From contig JAFCFT010000003.1 in the NCBI GenBank assembly GCA_017608505.1, forward strand, positions 234 through 64,233: a DNA stretch of 64,000 nt. Reading direction: 5' to 3'. Under the pieces are notes generated by a model that was not told the origin of the DNA, made no database searches, and saw only the letters and a program-made list of their open reading frames with translations. Both the position numbers and the translations under genes were made by a program. The DNA is from Candidatus Parvarchaeota archaeon. Its GTDB lineage: Archaea > Nanobdellota > Nanobdellia > WJKC01. Below are positions 49,775 through 57,906 of the stretch, one piece after another (the first letter of the stretch is position 1; each line of letters opens with the position of its first letter).

Positions 49775-50565
49775 AAGATATCATAAGACTATTGAGAATG
49801 GCCCCGCATAACGCTGCATTGCTTGCAGCAGGCTCTGCAGTTTCTTACGCGCTCAATAAAGAGTTTGGATTATTTAAATTCATTTTTGGGCTTTTAATCT
49901 TTGTATTTGCATATAGCGCCGCATATATAATCAATGATCTGCATGACTTAGAGTATGACAAAAAACACAACATATTGCGCAAAAGAAATGCGCCCTTAGT
50001 AAAAGGAACAATAACAAAAAAGCAGGCAAAGATAGTGGCTTTTTTGTTAATTGTTGGAGGAATGACGGCTTCGATACTTGTTAATCACATGTTTGCAATA
50101 ACACTTGCCTTGCTTTTAACACTAAATGTCTTTTACACATATGAAAATAAAAAACATCCGAACATGATTCCTTACTGGCATACAATAAACACATATGTAA
50201 AATTCGTATGCGGATGGAGTTTAATTTGTGAAAGCATTAATATGTTTCCTTGGATGTTGTTCATTCCGCCAAGCATTGTTTATGGATATTACATGTTAGT
50301 TTACAAAAAACCGCTGATGAAAAGAAAAAATTATTCAAAAAATCAAAAAATACTGCTATTACTATTTTTCTTGTCTTTAATGCCTTTGATTATATCAAAA
50401 GGCGAATTATCTTTTAAGATGCTTCTTGCATTAAGCATTGCAGTTTTAGTATCAATTTTTGTATATGCATATGACAAAAAAAAGGGAGCAAATGCGTCTT
50501 ATATAAAAGCACAATATTTAATGGCGATGTTGATATGTCTTTTAAATTTAATAATAATAGCTTAA
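49771..50565 (+). CDS. UbiA family prenyltransferase 1
   Basis: YIINDLHDLEYDKKH...RNAPLVKG, multi-TM. Confidence 0.85.
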   Translation: MKDIIRLLRMAPHNAALLAAGSAVSYALNKEFGLFKFIFGLLIFVFAYSAAYIINDLHDLEYDKKHNILRKRNAPLVKGTITKKQAKIVAFLLIVGGMTASILVNHMFAITLALLLTLNVFYTYENKKHPNMIPYWHTINTYVKFVCGWSLICESINMFPWMLFIPPSIVYGYYMLVYKKPLMKRKNYSKNQKILLLLFFLSLMPLIISKGELSFKMLLALSIAVLVSIFVYAYDKKKGANASYIKAQYLMAMLICLLNLIIIA

Positions 50566-51608
50566 TGAAGGTAACGCTAGGGATTATATACTTTCTGCTG
50601 ATAATGCATTTTGGAGTTGACTATGCAGTTCACATAACAAACGCCCATTACTTTAATTACATGATTGCGCATGGATTCACATTATACAATCCTAATTTTA
50701 ATAGCGGAAAACAATATGTGTGGGCTTACGGAATATTTGCAAATTTAATTTCAGGGCTTTTTTACTTTGTTTTTGGAAAATTTACTGTAAAAATTTTAGA
50801 AATAGTGCTGTTTACAATAGTTGTCTTTGTTGCAAATAAGCATATAAGAAACAAACTAAGACTAACCTTCTTTTTGTTGTGCGCGTACATAATATTGCCA
50901 TACACTGGCGCGTATTTGTATCTTTTTAGCATGACTGTCTTTATTTTAGGATATTACAGTCGCAATAAAAAAACAAGCATAATAACTAAAATAATAGCAG
51001 GACTGAATCACGTGTTCTTCACTCTGTTTAATTTTTATTATTTTAGAAAAAATAAGAAATTGCTTGCATTAACAGCAATAATATTTGCTATTCAAGTAAT
51101 CAACATATGGCTCCATACGCAACCAGGAGACGAAGCTTTGTGGCTAAATGCAGGAGTGCTTGGAGCAAGAGCGTCCCTTAATGCATTGCTTGGAGTAAAG
51201 ACCAGCAAAAAGAAACTTGTGTATTTTGCAAGCGCTTGTTTTACTTTCTTTTATTTGTTGATAAACCTTCCAGGAGTGTTTGTGTATGCAATTAATATAA
51301 TTAATGAAAATTACTATGATTTGCCACATTTAAATGGGACAGCAAGATTTGCTTCATATAGTGAATGGAGCGGATTGTACGAAATGCAATTAAAAAACGT
51401 AACATTATCAACGCCACTCACGTACCATGAACAAACTCACCACTTTAAATCAGAGGAAGATTATCTTAGATTCTTGTCTGAAAAAAATGTTTCTTATGTA
51501 ATTTTAGATAAAAATATATTTGGCTCTTATGAGCACAAACTGCTTGAGAAAAACTTTAATAAATTAATAAAAAATGATAGATATATATTGTACGAGGTGA
51601 AATCTTGA
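50565..51608 (+). CDS. Multi-TM membrane protein, GT-C-like (paralog 1)
   Basis: DYAVH...YNPNFNSG...WAYG, ILPYTGAY, C-terminal NVSYVI...YILYEV domain. Confidence 0.55.
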   Translation: MKVTLGIIYFLLIMHFGVDYAVHITNAHYFNYMIAHGFTLYNPNFNSGKQYVWAYGIFANLISGLFYFVFGKFTVKILEIVLFTIVVFVANKHIRNKLRLTFFLLCAYIILPYTGAYLYLFSMTVFILGYYSRNKKTSIITKIIAGLNHVFFTLFNFYYFRKNKKLLALTAIIFAIQVINIWLHTQPGDEALWLNAGVLGARASLNALLGVKTSKKKLVYFASACFTFFYLLINLPGVFVYAINIINENYYDLPHLNGTARFASYSEWSGLYEMQLKNVTLSTPLTYHEQTHHFKSEEDYLRFLSEKNVSYVILDKNIFGSYEHKLLEKNFNKLIKNDRYILYEVKS

Positions 51609-52726
51609 ATAAAAAATTAATAGTTGTTGGGACTTTGCTGTGCGCATCAATACTCTTTTACATAGCTCCAGATCACCCAACTCATTTGCATAACGGATGG
51701 GTGTTTAACAAGATGCTAAAAACAGGGCAGTTCCATATATTTGACCCTTACACTGGTGGAGGCCATCAATTTTTGTGGAGCTATGGCGTGCCAGCGAACT
51801 TCATTGTGGCTGTCCTTTGGTTTGCATTTTCAGAATTCTCGCTAAACATAGCTGAAGCAGCAATATTTGCTGTATTTTTATTCTATTCAACAAAGATAAT
51901 AAAAGACGAAAAGAAGCTGGTTGTGTGGTGGCTCTTAACATATTTTATCCTTCCATTCACAGGAGCATACGTGTATTTATTGTCATTTACATTGTTTTTC
52001 ATTGGTTTTACAAAAAAGGGAAAACTTAAATCAGCGCTTCAGCTTCTTGCCGGCATTAATCATGTTTACTTTTCAATGATAAACCTGCTGTTTGTCTCAA
52101 GAAAAAGAAAGAATTTTTTCAATGCTCAAATAATAATATTGGCAATTCAACTAAGCATGATACTAATCTTAAGGCTTGGCGGAGGATATGCGGGGCTTAT
52201 GATTTTTGGCATTTTCTGGTTTAGACTGCTTGCAGTAGCATATCCATATGTATTCACTGAATGGATTAAGCTTAAGCCAAGCCTTATTAAAGTTAGAAGA
52301 CCTGGCAAATTAAACAAAGCATACAAAATAGGCGCAACAACAGGAATTGCAATATGTATGATAGTTTTCCCAATGATGTCAAACACAGAATTTACTGAGT
52401 ATAACTTTGATAAATTACCTATACATCCAGACAGCAATGGAACTGCCAGACTTGTTGATATAAACATAATTGGGGTCTATCAGCTTCCAAAACAAGGCCT
52501 TGTGTTATCTACATCGCAGTACTTTCATGAGCAAGAAAATTTGATTTTCAACAAGACAAAATATCTAGATATGCTTAAGAAATACAATATAAGCTATGTC
52601 ATTTACTGCGCAAACTGCATAATATCAAACATGAGCCAAGAAAAAAAGTTCTTAGAAGAAGAATTTAAAGCAATATACAGCGACAACGAATACATGGTGT
52701 TTGACACTAGAAACAGAAAGTCTTAA
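51605..52726 (+). CDS. Multi-TM membrane protein, GT-C-like (paralog 2)
   Basis: DHPTH...FDPYTGGG...WSYG, ILPFTGAY, LKKYNISYVI...YMVF. Confidence 0.55.
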   Translation: MNKKLIVVGTLLCASILFYIAPDHPTHLHNGWVFNKMLKTGQFHIFDPYTGGGHQFLWSYGVPANFIVAVLWFAFSEFSLNIAEAAIFAVFLFYSTKIIKDEKKLVVWWLLTYFILPFTGAYVYLLSFTLFFIGFTKKGKLKSALQLLAGINHVYFSMINLLFVSRKRKNFFNAQIIILAIQLSMILILRLGGGYAGLMIFGIFWFRLLAVAYPYVFTEWIKLKPSLIKVRRPGKLNKAYKIGATTGIAICMIVFPMMSNTEFTEYNFDKLPIHPDSNGTARLVDINIIGVYQLPKQGLVLSTSQYFHEQENLIFNKTKYLDMLKKYNISYVIYCANCIISNMSQEKKFLEEEFKAIYSDNEYMVFDTRNRKS

Positions 52727-52757
52727 AAAATTACTGCTTTTTTCAAATATTCAAAGT

Positions 52758-52866
52758 GGGCCTGTAGCTCAGCTTGGTAGAGCGCTGGTCTTATATGATC
52801 CCGCTCTAGGACAACCAGAGGTCCCGAGTTCAAAACCCGCAAGGGATGAGTATCTCGGCAGGCCCA
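52758..52866 (+). tRNA. tRNA-Ile(TAT) with two introns (37/38: 52796-52812; T-loop ~59/60: 52835-52852)
   Basis: Acceptor GGGCCTG/CAGGCCC plus A73; stem CTGGT/ACCAG; BHB central helices CUUA/UAGG and UUCA/UGAG. Confidence 0.88.
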
Positions 52867-52880
52867 CTAAAATATTGCTG

Positions 52881-53633
52881 ATGCGTATGAATTACAATGA
52901 AAAAATATATGCAAGAGTGTTTAGCGAAGAAGAAGAATTCTACGATTCTTTAATGGAATACAAATACAAGACAATAATAGACATGATTGGCGCATCAAAG
53001 AAAATCCTTGATATTGGATGCGGCAACGGAAAACTTGGAGAACTGATAAAAAACGAATTAAAAGATGTTGAAGTTTATGGAGTAGACATCTCAAGCAATG
53101 CGCTAAAAGCTGCAAAAAAAAGAGGCTTAATAACAGTTAAGCAAAATGTGGACGGAAAAAAATTAAAATTTAAAGATAACACCTTTGATCTTGTCATTTG
53201 CGGCGATATAATAGAGCACGTGTACAACAATTTTTTTCTTTTAAAAGAAATTAAAAGAATCTTAAAAAAAGGTGGCAGATTAATAGTGTCTGTTCCAAAT
53301 GTCAACGCATGGTATAACAGATTCTTATCGCTAATTGGAAAAATGCCATGTTTTCTTGATTCAACAGAAGAAGATATTCAAGCAACTCCTTTTTTTAAAA
53401 ATGCTTTAGGCCACATAAGGGCGTTTAATAAAGACGCAATTATCAAACTGCTTTCAGAAGCAGGATTTAAAATTAAAAAAATAAAAGGAATTGGATTAAA
53501 TTTCAAAGTGAAGCACAATGCAATCGAACTTAAAGGATACAAAATATTTGCAACAATGCTTACAAAAGCAGATTCGCTCCTAAGCAAAAAAGCCTCAATA
53601 GCATCAACAATACTTGTGGAGGCAGAAAAATGA
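52881..53633 (+). CDS. Class I SAM-dependent methyltransferase
   Basis: ILDIGCGNG, GVDIS, FDLVICGDIIEH, VSVPN. The ORF-track 5' extension overlaps the tRNA and is rejected. Confidence 0.9.
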   Translation: MRMNYNEKIYARVFSEEEEFYDSLMEYKYKTIIDMIGASKKILDIGCGNGKLGELIKNELKDVEVYGVDISSNALKAAKKRGLITVKQNVDGKKLKFKDNTFDLVICGDIIEHVYNNFFLLKEIKRILKKGGRLIVSVPNVNAWYNRFLSLIGKMPCFLDSTEEDIQATPFFKNALGHIRAFNKDAIIKLLSEAGFKIKKIKGIGLNFKVKHNAIELKGYKIFATMLTKADSLLSKKASIASTILVEAEK

Positions 53634-54442
53634 CAAGCATTAAAGATTATGCAAAACTAATAAGACTAGACCACTCATTTGGAGTGCTATCGCTTTATGG
53701 ACTTGGCGTGGCGCTTGCTTTTAAATTATTAAATGCAGTGAACTTTAACGCGCTTCTTGGCGCATTGTCTCTTTTTTTTGCTTACGCAAGCGTTTATGTG
53801 TTTAATGACATAATGGATGTTGAAGAGGATAAAAAACATTACTCCAAATTTAAAAGAAATCGTCCGCTTCCAAGCGGAAGAATAAGTGTAAAAACAGCAA
53901 AAAAAGTATTTTTGGCAAACGCAGTTTTAGGATATATCACAGCATCTTTAGTTAACTTAACATTTTTGGCAGCCACTTTAATAATAACGCAAATCAATTA
54001 TATTTACTCAGCATTTAAAATTAAAAGACATTTCTTAGCTTCGATGTGCATTCTTGGACTTGTGCAAGGACTTAAAATAATGCTTGGCTGGATAAGCATC
54101 CAAGAATCATTATTTAAAATGCCAATAACGCTCGTTCTTTCAATATGTTTTGCTTACTTGTTCATTATGGGAATTTACAAAAAAGAACGTTACAAACATG
54201 TAAGACACTATAAAGCATTCCAAACAACAACTGGATTGCTTGCCATATTTGCATTTTTTACATCATTTACGTGCCAAGACTTGCGCAATTCTTTAGCATT
54301 CTTCACAATAACTTGCACGATTATAGGAATCTTCACATTCTTGCAAGTAAGAAAAAAAGACATTGACCAAAAGTTTGTTCCAAGCTTAATAATCATGCCT
54401 GCGCTCATAAATTTTTTATCTTTAAGCATAATTTTCTTATGA
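53630..54442 (+). CDS. UbiA family prenyltransferase 2
   Basis: YVFNDIMDVEEDKKH...KRNRPLPSGRIS. Confidence 0.87.
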   Translation: MTSIKDYAKLIRLDHSFGVLSLYGLGVALAFKLLNAVNFNALLGALSLFFAYASVYVFNDIMDVEEDKKHYSKFKRNRPLPSGRISVKTAKKVFLANAVLGYITASLVNLTFLAATLIITQINYIYSAFKIKRHFLASMCILGLVQGLKIMLGWISIQESLFKMPITLVLSICFAYLFIMGIYKKERYKHVRHYKAFQTTTGLLAIFAFFTSFTCQDLRNSLAFFTITCTIIGIFTFLQVRKKDIDQKFVPSLIIMPALINFLSLSIIFL

Positions 54443-54481
54443 AAAGTTTTAAAAAAGAAAAACAAATACCTTAAAACAAAC

Positions 54482-54556
54482 GCTCCTGTAGTCTAGCTCG
54501 GTCAAGGATACTGGCCTTTCGAGCCAGGGACCCGGGTTCAAATCCCGGCAGGAGCA
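54482..54556 (+). tRNA. tRNA-Glu(TTC), intronless
   Basis: GCTCCTG/CAGGAGC acceptor, CTGGC-CT-TTC-GA-GCCAG, GGTTCAAATCC. Confidence 0.96.
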
Positions 54557-54580
54557 TTTTAAAAAATTTAGTGAAGAAGT

Positions 54581-55297
54581 ATGCACATATACACAAAGTG
54601 GGTTATTTACGGGTTTATTGTGTCATTTTTTCCGCTTCTTTTTAATGGGCTATTTTTATATGCGTACTTTTTATTATTTCAAAATAATTTCTTATTTTAT
54701 TTCTTGCTTCCATTAAACATACTCATTAATGTGATAGCGTACTTAATAATGAGATGCGTTTTCGCGCACATAATAGTAAAAAAATATGGGTATCCAAAAG
54801 AAGGAGAATACAAGTATCCTTCAAAAGATACAGAGGCATGGTTTGCTAATTCGCTGCTTCTTGACCAGTTTTCTTATATTAGAACAATACTCAATGTCCC
54901 GCCGCAAGCAACTTTGTGGTTTTTCCGCAGGGCGTTTAATGCAAAAATAGGAAAGCTCAAATTATTTGGATACGGCGACATAATAGACCCTCACTTAATA
55001 GAAATTGGAGACGGAACAGTAATAGGACACAAATGCGTAATTGCAGCACATTTTATCGAAAGAAACAAAATCATATTCAAAAAAGTTAAAATTGGAAAAA
55101 ACTGCACTATTGGATGCAATTCTGTAATAAGCCCTGGCGCAAAAATTGGAGATAATACAATAATTGGAGCCCACAGCTTTGTGCCTAAAGGCGCCAAGCT
55201 TGACGCAAACAGCGTGTATGCAGGAACCCCTGTTAGAAAGCTAAAAACAAAAAGATTTAAAAAACAAGCGAATTTCCAAAAACCTAATGAAACGTAG
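54581..55297 (+). CDS. Membrane-anchored hexapeptide-repeat (LbH) acyltransferase
   Basis: N-terminal TM helices; IEIGDGTVIG, VKIGKNCTIG, AKIGDNTIIGAHS, YAGTP. Confidence 0.85.
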   Translation: MHIYTKWVIYGFIVSFFPLLFNGLFLYAYFLLFQNNFLFYFLLPLNILINVIAYLIMRCVFAHIIVKKYGYPKEGEYKYPSKDTEAWFANSLLLDQFSYIRTILNVPPQATLWFFRRAFNAKIGKLKLFGYGDIIDPHLIEIGDGTVIGHKCVIAAHFIERNKIIFKKVKIGKNCTIGCNSVISPGAKIGDNTIIGAHSFVPKGAKLDANSVYAGTPVRKLKTKRFKKQANFQKPNET

Positions 55298-55394
55298 TTC
55301 AAGAACTTGGAAAAAGTACTTGCGGTGCAGGTGGAGCACTCGCAAAAAGAAAATGAAGGAAAGAAAGCGAAAAAGAAGAATGAGGAAGCACTAA
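55287..55394 (+). CDS. rpl41e: Ribosomal protein eL41-like (35 aa)
   Basis: Manual translation MKRSSRTWKKYLRCRWSTRKKKMKERKRKRRMRKH resembles the archaeal L41e KRSSRxWKK...RW pattern. Confidence 0.75.
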   Translation: MKRSSRTWKKYLRCRWSTRKKKMKERKRKRRMRKH

Positions 55395-55400
55395 GTCCTT

Positions 55401-56042
55401 ATGAAAATAGATTTTCATGTTCATACAAACTTGTCGCCATGTTCTGTAATGAAGCCAAAGCTTGCTGTGAAAGTTGCGAAAAAAAAAGGCCTAGATGCAA
55501 TTGCAATTGTAAATCACAACAAACTATTAAAATATAATACAAAAGAGTTTAAAGTCATTCCTGGCGAAGAAATAAGGGCAAAACAAGGAGAAATCATAGG
55601 CATATTTCTTAAAAATGAAATAAAACCCAATCTCGATGCTCAAAAAACAATTAACTTGATAAAAAAACAAGGAGGGATTGCAATCCTTCCGCATGTCTTT
55701 GATCCTTTAAGAAGGGGCTTAGGCAAACACATATACGAACTGCATAATTATGACTTTATAGAATACAATGGAAGGTGCTTACTTAGCAGATTCAATGCAA
55801 AAGTGCTTGAATTTTCAAAGAACAATAAAGTCCCTGTTATAGGCGGAAGCGACGCCCATTATTATGAAGAAATTGGAAGCGTTATCACAGAAGTCAACAG
55901 CAAAACAATTGATGATGCGATAAATAAGCTGCTCAAAGGCAAGGGAAAAATTGTTGAAAATAGCATTGGGCTTAAAAAATACATGTGCTACATTAAAAGT
56001 CCAATAAGAAGCGCGCTTAGAAAAGCTTTAAAATACTTATAA
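55401..56042 (+). CDS. PHP-domain phosphoesterase
   Basis: DFHVHT, IVNHN, IPGEEI, LPH, GGSDAH. Confidence 0.9.
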   Translation: MKIDFHVHTNLSPCSVMKPKLAVKVAKKKGLDAIAIVNHNKLLKYNTKEFKVIPGEEIRAKQGEIIGIFLKNEIKPNLDAQKTINLIKKQGGIAILPHVFDPLRRGLGKHIYELHNYDFIEYNGRCLLSRFNAKVLEFSKNNKVPVIGGSDAHYYEEIGSVITEVNSKTIDDAINKLLKGKGKIVENSIGLKKYMCYIKSPIRSALRKALKYL

Positions 56043-56058
56043 AATAATTTTGTATAAT

Positions 56059-56231
56059 GCGGGGGTGCCGGAGCCTGGTCAAACGGGCTGGACTAAGGAT
56101 CCAGTGGCTTAGTGCCTGCGCGCGTTCAAAACGCAGGCGGGGGAGGGGTGCCCTCCCCCATCCTAGCGCGTTACCTCCCCCCACCCGGCGAGGTGCGTGT
56201 TGGACTGCGAGTGAAAATCGCGTCCCCCGCA
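56059..56231 (+). tRNA. tRNA-Leu(AAG) with 87-nt T-loop intron (56131-56217)
   Basis: Acceptor GCGGGGG/CCCCCGC plus A73; stem CTGGA/TCCAG with loop CT-AAG-GA; long variable arm; T stem GCGCG/CGCGT; BHB central helix UUCA/UGAA. Confidence 0.88.
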
Positions 56232-56267
56232 TCATTTTTTCCCATACATCAAAACATTTATAAGTGC

Positions 56268-56287
56268 TGTAAACATATTTGTTTACA
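56268..56287. promoter_or_regulatory. Perfect palindromic operator upstream of the antitoxin
   Basis: TGTAAACA-tatt-TGTTTACA between TATA-like TTTATAA (56257-56263) and ATG 56289. Confidence 0.75.
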
Positions 56288-56288
56288 C

Positions 56289-56507
56289 ATGGTTCAAGTT
56301 CAGTTACGCATGCCTGATGAATTAGTGGCGCAGATTGATGAATGGGTTAAAAAAGGCATGTTTAAGAGCAGGAGTGACGCAATAAAAACCATTATTGCCA
56401 TTTATGAGGAGCGTATGAAGACGCGCGAATTCTATAAAATGCTGCTAAAAAGAAGTAGAGAGGCAGAAGATAAACCTGAAATACTGGTGCCAATAGATGA
56501 AATATAA
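56289..56507 (+). CDS. Ribbon-helix-helix (CopG-like) antitoxin
   Basis: MVQVQLRMPDELVAQIDEWVKKGMFKSRSDAI. Confidence 0.88.
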   Translation: MVQVQLRMPDELVAQIDEWVKKGMFKSRSDAIKTIIAIYEERMKTREFYKMLLKRSREAEDKPEILVPIDEI

Positions 56508-56766
56508 AGTTTTTTTGCATCCTAAAGCGGGAGCATTCTTAAGAACCATTGATAAGAAGTTAAAAGAAAGAATAAAAAAGCGAATTAAACTACTTGAAGA
56601 TAATGCTGAATTAATTGGCAAGCCATTGAGGTATTCAAGTTTTTGGAGCCTAAGGATAGGAGATTACAAAGTGATTTATGAAATAAATAAAAATGAAGAA
56701 AAAATAATAATCCTATTCATAGGGCATAGAAAGAAAGCATACTCTGACTTCACTAAATTATTTTAA
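56497..56766 (+). CDS. RelE/ParE family toxin
   Basis: GKPLR...WSLRIGDYKVIY...IGHRKKAY. Confidence 0.9.
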   Translation: MKYKVFLHPKAGAFLRTIDKKLKERIKKRIKLLEDNAELIGKPLRYSSFWSLRIGDYKVIYEINKNEEKIIILFIGHRKKAYSDFTKLF

Positions 56767-56785
56767 AATCGCGTCCCCCGCACTC

Positions 56786-57796
56786 ATGATCATGTATGAC
56801 GTAATAATTGGAGGGGCTAGTTTCGCAGGATTATCATTAGCAACTAAATTAAGCGACTGCAAAGCATTATTAATTGATAAAAACAAACCAGGCGAATATC
56901 AAAGATCAGCATGTTGCACAACTCTTTCAATAATTAAGAAGGTTAATTGCGAAGAGTCAATAATGCAAACAATAAAGTACGCATCAATACATACAAACAA
57001 AGAATTTAATTTTAAAATTCCAGAACCTTTTTGCACAATAGACTACAAAAAGTTCTGTTCAATAATGCTAAATCGCGCAGAAATAAACTTTATTAAAGCA
57101 AACATTAAGGGACTTAAAAATAAAAAGATAGTAACTAATAAAGGCGTGTTTTCAGGCAAAATAATAGTTGATGCAACAGGATGGGAAGCAGTGCTTGCAA
57201 GGTTTATGGGCTTAAATTTGCAAAATAAATTATCTTACGGTCTTGAAACTGAAGCGCCTTACAAAGACGACACGTTAAGAATAATAGTCAACAACAAAAT
57301 AATAAAAGATGGTGTAGGATGGATATTTCCATGCGGGGACAAAGCGCGATTTGGGGTTGCAAGCTATAATGGAGAAACAAAATTGCTGCCAATACTTAAA
57401 AGATTTGTTAAAAATTATGGGGTAAAAATCAGCAAAGTCCATGGCGGATTTTTTTCATATGATAAGAGGCCTCCTGTGCATAATGATTTATTTTTAGTGG
57501 GAGAAGCAGGGGGGCAAATAACTCCATTAACAGGAGAAGGAATTAGAAAAAGCATAGAATCAGGACTGATTTGCGGAAGCATAATTAAGAAAATTTTAAG
57601 CAATGAAATTAGTATGGAAAGAGGCATAAACAAATACAAAAAATTAATGAGAACCAATGACGCATTGCGCAAAAAATTAATTAAACTGCAAATGAATTTT
57701 GCAGAGCATTACCCAACAAAATTAAATATATTTTTTGGGGCAATCACTAATAGAATCCTGTCTCATATTTTTTGGAAAATATATAAATTAATATGA
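56786..57796 (+). CDS. FAD-dependent oxidoreductase, geranylgeranyl reductase-like
   Basis: YDVIIGGASFAG, VDATG, WIFP, LVGEAGGQITPLTGEGI. Confidence 0.85.
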   Translation: MIMYDVIIGGASFAGLSLATKLSDCKALLIDKNKPGEYQRSACCTTLSIIKKVNCEESIMQTIKYASIHTNKEFNFKIPEPFCTIDYKKFCSIMLNRAEINFIKANIKGLKNKKIVTNKGVFSGKIIVDATGWEAVLARFMGLNLQNKLSYGLETEAPYKDDTLRIIVNNKIIKDGVGWIFPCGDKARFGVASYNGETKLLPILKRFVKNYGVKISKVHGGFFSYDKRPPVHNDLFLVGEAGGQITPLTGEGIRKSIESGLICGSIIKKILSNEISMERGINKYKKLMRTNDALRKKLIKLQMNFAEHYPTKLNIFFGAITNRILSHIFWKIYKLI

Positions 57797-57906
57797 AAAA
57801 TAAAAATGCCAACATTTATTGGATTTCACTTTCGCTAATTACGATATTTGCAACATTTTAGATTTTTTAGAGGATTATTTAAAGCAAGAAATATTTAATA
57901 ATAACA

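Larger units (their letters stand above)
56214..56782. mobile_element. ~550-bp TA cassette bounded by an 18-bp direct repeat of the tRNA-Leu 3' end
   Basis: AAAATCGCGTCCCCCGCA at 56214-56231 and 56765-56782. Confidence 0.8.

Noticed and set aside
52701..52880. N-terminal extension of the methyltransferase ORF
   Set aside because: It runs through tRNA-Ile; the start is 52881 or 52887.
55307..55537. 76-aa Cys-rich ORF
   Set aside because: It is out of frame across the eL41-like and PHP genes, which both have better support.
56017..56288. ORFs 56017-56235, 56057-56263 and the 5' extension of 56112-56507
   Set aside because: They overlap the GC-rich tRNA-Leu and its intron; the real antitoxin starts at 56289.
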